Shown here: piece by piece, positions 37,689 to 45,106 of the stretch
Numbering within the stretch: position 1 is the first letter of the stretch
Layout of the letters: each line of letters starts with the position of its first letter
Assembly (NCBI GenBank): GCA_963615785.1
Contig: CAVEID010000009.1
Coordinates: 11,733 to 75,732, forward strand
DNA length: 64,000 nucleotides
Direction of reading: 5' to 3'
Source of the DNA: Oxalobacter sp.
GTDB lineage: Bacteria > Bacillota > Clostridia > Oscillospirales > Ruminococcaceae
The notes under the pieces: model-generated
Databases searched by the model: none
The model's input: only the letters and a program-made list of their open reading frames with translations
What the model was told of the DNA's origin: nothing
Translations under genes and position numbers: made by a program

Positions 37689-38375
37689 ATGGAGGTTTCG
37701 CAATTGGAATCTACTTTGAAATTCCAACGCGGAGACATCTACTTCATTCGACTGGACAGCAGCACAGGTTCCGAACAAAGCGGAACCCGCCCTGCGGTCA
37801 TCCTGCAAAATGATGTGGGAAACACCTATTCACCGACTTTGATCATTGCGACTTTGACAAGTAAGACAGAAAAGAAAGCTACGCAGCCGACCCATTGTCT
37901 GGTGGAACTGGAAAAACTGGAGCCTTCCATCGTTCAGGCCGAACAGATCTTCACCATCGACAAGAGCCGTGTCCAAAATTTTGTCGGACACCTCACCCCG
38001 GAAGAAATGAACCGGGTCGATGATGCTGTGAAGATCAGCCTTGCCCTGAACCCGATGGGGAGCATCCAGAAGCTGAAACCAATCATCCGCTCCACGGCGG
38101 CTTACGCACCGCCTGAAACGGTTGATGGAAAGCCGCCTGTCTATCCCTACACACCCATCAAATCCGATTTTGAGGACGCAGGGACGGTCGAAGAAATGAT
38201 GTTATACACCGAACTGCAATCCGCTGTTCATGCCATGATCCAGCGGCTCGAATACAGCTTCACCTTTAATCCCAGCCTGCTCACCAGCCCGAAGCGTAAG
38301 AAGCAGGTGGCTGAGATTTTGACCGAAGCTGAAAAATACATTTGGCGAATCAAGGAGGAAATGCGATGCGCCTGA
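37689..38375 (+). CDS. MazF/PemK (EndoA-like) endoribonuclease domain fused to an unassigned ~105-aa C-terminal domain
   Basis: Residues about 10-120 (RGDIYFIRLDSSTGSEQSGTRPAVILQNDVGNTYSPTLIIATLTSK..PTHCLVE..QIFTIDKSRV..LTPEEMNRVDDAVKISLAL) align along the full length of B. subtilis EndoA as I recall it. The rest (NPMGSIQKLKP...IWRIKEEMRCA) has no recognisable motif. An alternative TTG start lies at 37704 behind GGAGG. Confidence 0.75.
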   Translation: MEVSQLESTLKFQRGDIYFIRLDSSTGSEQSGTRPAVILQNDVGNTYSPTLIIATLTSKTEKKATQPTHCLVELEKLEPSIVQAEQIFTIDKSRVQNFVGHLTPEEMNRVDDAVKISLALNPMGSIQKLKPIIRSTAAYAPPETVDGKPPVYPYTPIKSDFEDAGTVEEMMLYTELQSAVHAMIQRLEYSFTFNPSLLTSPKRKKQVAEILTEAEKYIWRIKEEMRCA

Positions 38376-39187
38376 AAAACGACACGAACAATTTTGCCGC
38401 TTCTTTCAATATTACCCCGCCTTACCAGATGATGGTGATTCACAGTAGTAAGCTGATCTATCCTCGTGAGGTCTATCAGCGGCGAGTACGTCGCAGTCAG
38501 GTGGAACTGATTGCTGCCGACTTCAACGAGTATATCGCCAACGAGCCGAAAGTCAGTTTCCGCAACGGCAGATATTATGTGGTGGACGGTCAGCACACCA
38601 TCGAGGGGCGCATCCTCCGCAATGGCGGCAAGGATTTGCCGATTCTCTGCAAGGTCTATACCGGCTTGACGATGGAGCAGGAAGCCCTGTTCTTTGCTGA
38701 ACAGAACGGCCACTCCGCACCTCTGACGGCGGGCATCAAGCTGCGCGCCAAGGTCGTGGGCGGCGATGCTCCTTCCAAAGCGTTTCTCGCAGCCACCAAC
38801 CGGGTTGGTCTGGCTTTCAACTATGACAGCCTGCAGCTGAGCGACTACCGCATCAGCTGCGTGGGTACCGCTCTCAAGCTGTATAACCAGATGGGCGAGA
38901 AAATCTACTGTGAGGCCCTGCGGCTCATCGTTGCCGCATGGGAGGGCAAGCCCGATTCGTTCCGGGCATCTGTCCTGCGGGGCGTGATGCACTTCGTGGA
39001 ACTGTATCACGGAGAGTTCAGCGAGGAACGGCTCATCCGTGCGCTGGGCAGTGTCCATCCTATGGAGATCTACCGTGTCGGCAGGGATAACCCCGCCAAG
39101 CTGCCCGGATGGAAGAAATATGTTTTCCCCATCTACATGGCCTACAACGGAAAAGGGCGCAAGGACGCTCTGCCGATGAAGTTCTAA
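38366..39187 (+). CDS. ParB/Srx-fold N-terminal domain protein with DGQH(T/R) motif (DndB/DGQHR-like or phage ParB-like nuclease family)
   Basis: ATG at 38366 behind AAGGAGGA overlaps the upstream stop by 10 nt. It contains YQRRVRRSQVELIAADF......YYVVDGQHTIEG, the ParB-N/DGQHR signature. The C-terminal half is helical and unassigned. Confidence 0.6.
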   Translation: MRLKNDTNNFAASFNITPPYQMMVIHSSKLIYPREVYQRRVRRSQVELIAADFNEYIANEPKVSFRNGRYYVVDGQHTIEGRILRNGGKDLPILCKVYTGLTMEQEALFFAEQNGHSAPLTAGIKLRAKVVGGDAPSKAFLAATNRVGLAFNYDSLQLSDYRISCVGTALKLYNQMGEKIYCEALRLIVAAWEGKPDSFRASVLRGVMHFVELYHGEFSEERLIRALGSVHPMEIYRVGRDNPAKLPGWKKYVFPIYMAYNGKGRKDALPMKF

Positions 39188-39207
39188 AACATATTCTCTC
39201 TGCCAAG

Positions 39208-39238
39208 GGGCATCTGCAAGCTGCGGATGCCCTTTATT
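39208..39238 (+). terminator. Rho-independent terminator after the ParB-like gene
   Basis: 11-bp stem GGGCATCTGCA / TGCGGATGCCC (one G-U), loop AGC, then TTTATT. Confidence 0.65.
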
Positions 39239-39552
39239 ACATATTGACCAGCTGCAAAGTTCTGAATTTCGGCAGCTGGAAATAGACTGAAGTGACGCAC
39301 ATAACAACTATGTGAACCGAAAAGGGGGATTCGATGGAAAAAACTCCTTTTATTCTGTGCGAAAAATTTCGTTCTGACAACAACGAACAGCGCAAAGAAC
39401 ATTTTCAAAAGGAATTTGAACGATATATCGTCGATGGTCTGTCCAACACCGTGCCTTCTAAATCATGTGCCTGATTTGGCATCCTTGAATTTGAAAGAGA
39501 AACGCGGTATGTTGCGCATGGACGATTGTGCACAAAAAGAAAGGTGCAAATC

Positions 39553-41118
39553 ATGAAAGCAGCAATCTATTGCCGCCTGAGCAAAGAAGATGAATATAAA
39601 ATTGGCGAATCGGAGAGTATTCAGAACCAGAAGTCAATGCTGATCCAGTACGCCATTGAGAAAGGATTTGATATTTACCAGATTTATTCGGATGAGGACT
39701 ACTCCGGCATTGACCGGAACCGTCCGGCGTTCAATGCGATGATACAAGCTGCAAGCGAACATAAGTTTGACGTGGTGCTGGCAAAGACTCAATCCCGTTT
39801 CACCCGTGACATGGAACTCGTGGAAAAATATCTGCACGGAAAGTTCATTGAGTGGGGCATTCGGTTCATTGCTGTCGTTGACCATGTGGATACCAATGAT
39901 ACTGCGAACAAAAAATCCCGCCAGATCAATGGTCTGATCAACGAGTGGTATCTGGAAGATCTGTCCACCAATGTCCGTTCCGTGCTTGACCATAAGCGGA
40001 AAGAAGGCTTGTTTATCGGCTCTTTTGCACGGTATGGATACTGTAAAGATCCAAATGCAAAGGGAAAACTTATCATCGACCCAGAAGCGGCCGAAGTGGT
40101 AAGACGGATTTTCTCCATGGCTCTTAGTGGAATCGGTGCGCACAAAATTGCACGGATTCTGAATGATGAAAAAATTCCAAGCCCAACAGCCTATAAGCAG
40201 TCGCACGGCATCCATTACCACATTGCAGCGAAAAATCCAAATGCAGACCTTTGGAGCAGCCCCACTGTATATCAGATGCTGCACAATCAGCTTTATGTCG
40301 GAGATATGGTGCAGGGGCGGCATAAGAAGGTGAGTTATAAGTCTGAAAAGACAATTTGGCTTCCGCAATCGCAGTGGATCGTTGTTGAGAACACCCACGA
40401 AGCCATCATTGACCGGGATACGTTTGAAACGGTTCAGATGATGATGGCAGGACGTGCCCGGAGCAATGGAAATGGAACTATTCATCCACTGGCTGGCAAA
40501 ATGATTTGCGGATGCTGTGGTAATAAGTTGGAGCAGGCTGGCAGGAGAAGCAATGTAAATGGAAGCCGAGTTCGGTATGTGCGATGCCGGATGCATCAAC
40601 GCGCACCGGAACAGTGCAGCAATAAGACTTGCACAAATCTGGACGATTTGCAGGTGCTTGTGTTGGAGCGCATCCGGGCGTATGTGGCAGATTATTTTGA
40701 CCCTGAAAAAGTGACCATTCCAGAGCAGGATGACCCGATCCAGCAGCGAGAGCAAGCCAAGCGTGACGAGCTGAAACGGTTGAAAAGCGAAGTAGAACGG
40801 CGGCGCAAGGCCATGCAGGAACTGTATCTGGATAAGGTGTCTGGCCTGATTGATACTGTCCAGTTCTCTGAAATGAACCAGACCTTTCTGGAAGAAGTGA
40901 AAAAGGCAGAAACGCGAATCAATACATTGGAAGCGGAACTGGAACAACAGCAGGAAGAAACCAGTGTGGTGCAGACGCAGATGCAGCGTGTCCGTGAACT
41001 GGCGCAGGTTTCGCATCTGACCCGCGAACTTGTTGTACTGCTGGTTCATCGTGTCGTTGTTGGCACAAAAGATTCGCTTACCGGAGAGCAAAAAATCACG
41101 ATTGAATGGAATTTCTAA
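39553..41118 (+). CDS. Large serine recombinase (resolvase catalytic domain + recombinase domain + zinc ribbon + coiled coil)
   Basis: MKAAIYCRLSKEDE (catalytic Ser), SRFTRD, recombinase-domain motifs (YGY.KD, LHNQLYVGD), a Cys cluster (CGCCGNKL...C..C) and a C-terminal coiled coil (ELKRLKSEVERRRKAMQELY..). Confidence 0.9.
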   Translation: MKAAIYCRLSKEDEYKIGESESIQNQKSMLIQYAIEKGFDIYQIYSDEDYSGIDRNRPAFNAMIQAASEHKFDVVLAKTQSRFTRDMELVEKYLHGKFIEWGIRFIAVVDHVDTNDTANKKSRQINGLINEWYLEDLSTNVRSVLDHKRKEGLFIGSFARYGYCKDPNAKGKLIIDPEAAEVVRRIFSMALSGIGAHKIARILNDEKIPSPTAYKQSHGIHYHIAAKNPNADLWSSPTVYQMLHNQLYVGDMVQGRHKKVSYKSEKTIWLPQSQWIVVENTHEAIIDRDTFETVQMMMAGRARSNGNGTIHPLAGKMICGCCGNKLEQAGRRSNVNGSRVRYVRCRMHQRAPEQCSNKTCTNLDDLQVLVLERIRAYVADYFDPEKVTIPEQDDPIQQREQAKRDELKRLKSEVERRRKAMQELYLDKVSGLIDTVQFSEMNQTFLEEVKKAETRINTLEAELEQQQEETSVVQTQMQRVRELAQVSHLTRELVVLLVHRVVVGTKDSLTGEQKITIEWNF

Positions 41119-41720
41119 GTCGGCAAGCAGTTTAACTGCTCCGTTGAGTTATTTTCGTCAGCCCAAGTCGGATAGACTTCGCTGGACGCGACATTGGCGA
41201 TATAATCCCGGAAGGAGACGGTCACATTGCGGGCGGATGCCGCAGGCTTGCCCAGATGAACTGTGATGTTTTTGGGGATGATGACCTTGCTCAGCACCCG
41301 GGGCACGCAATTCTCCACGGGCTCCGGGCCGCTGCCGCCGTCCCCGGTGAACAGGGAGTGCTCGGGGATGACCACGGGCGGGTTGGCCACGTCGCGGCCC
41401 TCCTCGGTGTCAGGGATCATCTCCGGCTGGGCCAGCGTGACCTGCCCGGCGAAGATCTGCACGCCCTCAATGCGCACGGTGCGGTAGCCCTCCTTTGCGG
41501 CGGTGAGGTTCACCACGGCATAGGGACGGGTGGTGTTGTCTTCCTGCAGAGAAAGGGCGCAGGCCGGTGCGTCGATGGTGACATCGGCGGCGCTGCCTTC
41601 GCTGTCAGTGGTGCGCTGAACGGTGAAGCCATCGCCGCTGACCGTGACCACTACCCCTGCAATGGGCGAGGACTGGCGGGCACCGAAGGCCTGAATGCGT
41701 AAAATGCCGGTAGTTTTCAT
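41115..41720 (-). pseudogene. 5' fragment of a SleC-like peptidoglycan hydrolase / cortex-lytic-enzyme-family gene, truncated at the recombinase element junction
   Basis: ATG at 41720 behind AAGGAG. A carboxypeptidase-regulatory-like domain is followed by ITVHLGKPAASARNVTVSFRDYIANVASSEVYPTW. Homologues that I recall continue PEEALRANI..., but here the ORF reads ADENNSTEQLNCLPT-stop and overlaps the recombinase stop codon. Confidence 0.6.
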
Positions 41721-41852
41721 AGGCAGATGCTCCTTTGCTGTGAAAGTGAAATGCTTCTCCCACAGCGTATTCCGCAGAGGCACCGGGCGTGAATAGGGGC
41801 TTTCTTTTTCCGGCGGGGGAGTGTATACTGGAGACAGATAATAGCGCAGGGC

Positions 41853-41999
41853 AGGCGCGCCCACTCCGTCCTGCTGACGCTCGCCAGACGTCCAGCGTGG
41901 GTTAGCCCTCGCACTCCCCGGGAGAAAGTGTTGTCGATTATAATACTAGCCCGACCTTCAGACATGGCATCGCGTCATCCTGCCGGAGTGGGCGCGCCT
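41853..41999. repeat. 147-nt element closed by a perfect 16-bp inverted repeat (candidate structured RNA or miniature palindromic element)
   Basis: AGGCGCGCCCACTCCG at 41853-41868 pairs with CGGAGTGGGCGCGCCT at 41984-41999. Further interior pairings are GACGC/GCGTC and GCCA/TGGC. The centre is AT-rich with a palindromic TATAAT. Confidence 0.5.
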
Positions 42000-42054
42000 A
42001 CCGTTCAAATGTTTGCTTTCTTTTAAGATAAGAAGTGTAAAGGAGAATACAGCA

Positions 42055-42936
42055 ATGCAGGCAACCATTCACAACGAATACCTCACCCTCACTGTGGACA
42101 CCCACGGTGCGGAAGCTGTCAGCTTGAAGAATGCAGCGGGCGAAGAGCTGCTGTGGCAGGCAGACCCGGCCATCTGGAAACGCCACGCGCCCATTCTGTT
42201 CCCGTGGACGGGCAAGCTGCCCGGCGGCATCTTTGAGGCAAAAGGAAAGACCTGGAAGGGCGGCCAGCACGGCTTTGCCCGCGACCTGGAGCACACGCTG
42301 CTCAGGGCGGAAGGGGACACCATTCAGCTGGAACTGCGCTCGGACGATGACATCAAGACGGAGCGCTTTCCCTTCGATTTCGTGCTCACCAGCACTTTCA
42401 AGCTGGACGGTAAAACCGTGCACCACACCCTGACTGTATCGAACCCCGGCAGTGAGGAACTGCGCTTCGGTATCGGCTATCATCCGGCGTTCAACATCCC
42501 CTTCGACGATAAGCACACCACCAAAGACTATGAGTTCCGCTTTGATCAGCCGGAAAGCCCGGTCATTCTGGATGCCCGTCCCAACGGTCTGCTGAGCGGC
42601 AAGTGCTACTACCAGTGGAAGAACCAGCAGGCTATCCAGCTGACCGACGACCTGTTCGACAACGACAGCTTCTGCATGGCGGGCCTGCGCACCAAGACTA
42701 TTGGCATCTACGAGAAGGACACCGGGCGCAATATCACCTGCAATGTGGAAAACTATCCTTACTCGCTGATCTGGTCCACTCCGGTGAAACCGCTGCACTT
42801 TGTGTGCATTGAGCCGTGGCACAGCCTGCCTGCAGCAGAGAGCGATCCGCAGGCGTGGGCTGAGCGCGCCGCTGCTGCCTGCCTTGCCCCGGGTGAAGAA
42901 TGGGCAACGACCCTGAGCACCACCTTCAACCGATAA
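42055..42936 (+). CDS. Aldose 1-epimerase family protein (galactose mutarotase-like)
   Basis: ATG at 42055 behind AAAGGAG. Contains PILFPWTGKL, GQHGFAR, GYHPAFN and CIEPW, typical of the aldose-epimerase fold. Confidence 0.75.
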   Translation: MQATIHNEYLTLTVDTHGAEAVSLKNAAGEELLWQADPAIWKRHAPILFPWTGKLPGGIFEAKGKTWKGGQHGFARDLEHTLLRAEGDTIQLELRSDDDIKTERFPFDFVLTSTFKLDGKTVHHTLTVSNPGSEELRFGIGYHPAFNIPFDDKHTTKDYEFRFDQPESPVILDARPNGLLSGKCYYQWKNQQAIQLTDDLFDNDSFCMAGLRTKTIGIYEKDTGRNITCNVENYPYSLIWSTPVKPLHFVCIEPWHSLPAAESDPQAWAERAAAACLAPGEEWATTLSTTFNR

Positions 42937-42950
42937 TTCTCGATAAACAG

Positions 42951-42984
42951 AAAACCCGGAACACAGCTGTGTTCCGGGTTTTTT
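42951..42984. terminator. Bidirectional terminator between the epimerase and proS
   Basis: Perfect palindrome AAAACCCGGAACACAG|CTGTGTTCCGGGTTTT followed by TT. Confidence 0.85.
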
Positions 42985-43007
42985 ATGCAGTTAAGAACAA
43001 ATGAAGC

Positions 43008-44447
43008 TTAGTATGCCACGCCCCAGTAGACCATGGTCTTGGCGGGCTTGCCGCAGCAGGGGCACACATCGCTCAGATGCTCCTGCTCGAAGGGCATGCA
43101 GCGGCTGGATAGGCCAGCTTCTTCCTTCATCTTCATCTCGCAGGCCAGATCGCCGCACCACATTGTCTTGATGTAGCCGGTGTTGGCCTTGGCCAGCTCC
43201 TTGACCTCGTCCATGGTGGTGGCAGACCAAGTGCGCTTCTCGCGGTTGGCGAGAGCACGCTCGTACAGATCCTTGCGCAGGGCTTCCAGCTGGGCCGGGA
43301 TCGCGGTCTCCAGCTCGTCCAGAGAGACGAAGGTCTTCTCGCGGGTGTCGCGGCGCACCAGCACGCACTGGTTCTTTTCCAGATCCTTGGGGCCGATCTC
43401 TAGGCGCAGGGGCACACCCTTCATCTCCCACTGAGAGAACTTCCAGCCGGGAGCGTTGTCGCTGTCGTCCAGCTTCACGCGGGCATACTTCGAGATCTTC
43501 TCGGCCAGCTCGGCAGCCTTCTCGGAGACACCGGGCTTGTGGGCTGCGATGGGCACGACCACGACCTGGATGGGGGCCACTGCCGGGGGCAGGATCAGGC
43601 CGTCATCGTCGCCGTGGGTCATGATGATGGCACCCACCAGACGGGTGGAAGCGCCCCAGCTGGTCTGGAACGGATGGTGCAGCTGGTTGTCGCGGCCAGT
43701 AAAGGTGACGTCGTAAGCTTTGCTGAACTTGTCGCCGAAGTAGTGGCTGGTGCCGCTCTGAAGGGCCTTGCCGTCCTTCATCATTGCTTCAATGGTGTAG
43801 GTGGCCTCGGCGCCGGCAAACTTTTCCTTGTCGGTCTTGCGGCCCTTCACCACGGGGATGGCCAGATCCTGCTCGCAGACATCTGCGTAGCAGTTCAGCT
43901 GCTGCTGGGTCTCAGCCTCGGCCTCAGCGGCGGTCTCGTGGATGGTGTGGCCTTCCTGCCACCAGAACTCACGGCTGCGCAGGAAGGGGCGGGTGGTCTT
44001 CTCCCAGCGCACCACGCTGCACCACTGGTTGTACTTCATGGGAAGCTCACGGTAGCTGTGCAGCACACGGGACCAGTGATCGCAGAACATGGTCTCACTG
44101 GTGGGACGCACGGCCAGACGCTCTTCCAGCTTGTCAGAACCGCCCATCGTGACCCACGCCACCTCCGGCGCGAAGCCATTGACCAGTTCGCCCTCCTTCT
44201 GCAGCAGGCTTTCCGGGATCAGCACGGGCATTGCCACGTTCTCATGGCCGGTGGCCTTGAAACGGGCATCCATGTCCTTCTGGATCAGCTCCCAGATGGC
44301 CTGACCATAGGGGCGCAGGATGATGAAACCCTTCACGCTGGAATACTCCACCAGCTCTGCCTTGACGCAGATGTCGGTGTACCACTGTGCGAAGTTTTCC
44401 TCCTGGCTGGTGATCGCCTGTACGAGCTTCTTTGAATCTTTTGCCAT
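43008..44447 (-). CDS. proS: Proline--tRNA ligase (archaeal/eukaryote-like short form)
   Basis: [23 protein letters not shown].., class II motifs and the C-terminal ..[15 protein letters not shown] typical of type-3 ProRS. RBS GGGAGGA upstream of the ATG at 44447. Confidence 0.9.
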   Translation of the reverse strand: MAKDSKKLVQAITSQEENFAQWYTDICVKAELVEYSSVKGFIILRPYGQAIWELIQKDMDARFKATGHENVAMPVLIPESLLQKEGELVNGFAPEVAWVTMGGSDKLEERLAVRPTSETMFCDHWSRVLHSYRELPMKYNQWCSVVRWEKTTRPFLRSREFWWQEGHTIHETAAEAEAETQQQLNCYADVCEQDLAIPVVKGRKTDKEKFAGAEATYTIEAMMKDGKALQSGTSHYFGDKFSKAYDVTFTGRDNQLHHPFQTSWGASTRLVGAIIMTHGDDDGLILPPAVAPIQVVVVPIAAHKPGVSEKAAELAEKISKYARVKLDDSDNAPGWKFSQWEMKGVPLRLEIGPKDLEKNQCVLVRRDTREKTFVSLDELETAIPAQLEALRKDLYERALANREKRTWSATTMDEVKELAKANTGYIKTMWCGDLACEMKMKEEAGLSSRCMPFEQEHLSDVCPCCGKPAKTMVYWGVAY

Positions 44448-44502
44448 TTTGTTTTTTCCTCCCAAGGCCATGCGCCAAACGCCTTGCGTTCCGCACGAAC
44501 CA

Positions 44503-44561
44503 TATTAAAAGCCCCACCCACGAGCACAGCCGGGTGCCGTGCAGAAAAGGCGGGGCTTTTT
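44503..44561 (-). terminator. Terminator after acpP
   Basis: Long hairpin AAAAAGCCCCGCC ... GGTGGGGCTTTT followed by TTTTAAT on the minus strand. Confidence 0.6.
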
Positions 44562-44571
44562 ACCGAAATTC

Positions 44572-44808
44572 TCAGTCCTGCGTGTGGCTGTCCACAAAGT
44601 TTACCACATCGCCCACGGTGCGCAGAGACTCGATGGCGTCGTCCGGCACCTCAATGCCGAACTCATCCTCCAGCGTCATCACCATGTCCACGATGTCCAG
44701 GCTGTCTGCCTCAAAATCGCTCATGATGTCGCTCTCCATCGTGATCTTTGCCGGGTCAACATCCAGCTGCTCCGCCAGCAATGCACGGATTTTTTCAAAA
44801 GTATCCAT
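44572..44808 (-). CDS. acpP: Acyl carrier protein
   Basis: 78 aa, MDTFEKIRALLAEQLDVDPAKIT..DFEADSLDIVDMVMTLEDEFG, with the DSLD phosphopantetheine site. The longer listed ORF (to 45144) is an upstream extension. Confidence 0.85.
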   Translation of the reverse strand: MDTFEKIRALLAEQLDVDPAKITMESDIMSDFEADSLDIVDMVMTLEDEFGIEVPDDAIESLRTVGDVVNFVDSHTQD

Positions 44809-45021
44809 TCCTGTGGTCTCCTTTTTGCAGTTGTTTTGCCTGCTTTGTACCCCTGTGCCGCGGGCCGCTGCCATGGCAGCAGACCTGCGGACGCTGCGCG
44901 GCCGGAACAGGCGATACAAAACGCTCTCTTTTTTTATATCCCATGCCATGCATCTTGTCAAGCCCTGTTTTCGCTTTCCCGCTCCGGATTGAGAAAAAAC
45001 TTCCAAAACGCAGTTTTCTGC

Positions 45022-45050
45022 TTGACAGATGGCCCCGGGTTTCTTATCAT
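45022..45050 (+). promoter_or_regulatory. Sigma-A type promoter of dapF
   Basis: TTGACA - 17 nt - TATCAT, 57 nt upstream of the dapF ATG. Confidence 0.55.
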
Positions 45051-45106
45051 TATATAGTAGCGAGTTTATGGGGACTGACTGGAAGTCCCATGAAGGAGTT
45101 TTGAAC

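Larger units (their letters stand above)
35316..41176. mobile_element. Putative integrated element bounded on the right by a large serine recombinase; left boundary uncertain (35.3 kb by composition, or 33421 if TetR-MATE belong to it)
   Basis: There is an abrupt drop to AT-rich sequence from about 35.32 kb. The cargo is mobile-element-typical (XRE, MazF-like, ParB-like). The recombinase stop lies 50 nt from the point where the SleC-like ORF loses similarity. Confidence 0.55.

Noticed and set aside
39184-39408. Minus-strand 74-aa ORF between the ParB-like and recombinase genes
   Set aside because: It has no RBS, runs through the plus-strand terminator hairpin and overlaps the better-supported plus-strand micro-ORF. 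Its product has no recognisable features.
33421-41176. 9-bp direct repeat TCGGATAGA (33421-33429 and 41168-41176) as the att core of the island
   Set aside because: It is suggestive, since it lies 50 nt past the recombinase stop and just past the MATE stop. Joining the two copies does not restore a SleC-like reading frame: the frame continues into the antisense of the 865-aa gene. A single 9-mer match between two ~100-bp windows is also not very improbable. I keep it only as a hypothesis inside the island finding.
41853-41999. Assignment of the 147-nt palindromic element to a known RNA family (c-di-AMP ydaO, Mn yybP, SRP RNA, 6S RNA, cobalamin)
   Set aside because: Isolated words resemble parts of those consensus sequences: GCUAACC, GGGGAGUGC and GGCAGGAUGACGCG on the minus strand. 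Their order and the required partner motifs do not fit any of the consensus architectures as I remember them, so I leave it unassigned.
44448-44571. T-box leader upstream of proS
   Set aside because: Only about 60 nt remain between the acpP terminator hairpin and the proS RBS. No specifier loop, AGAGA, or T-box (GGUGGUACCGCG-like) sequence is visible.
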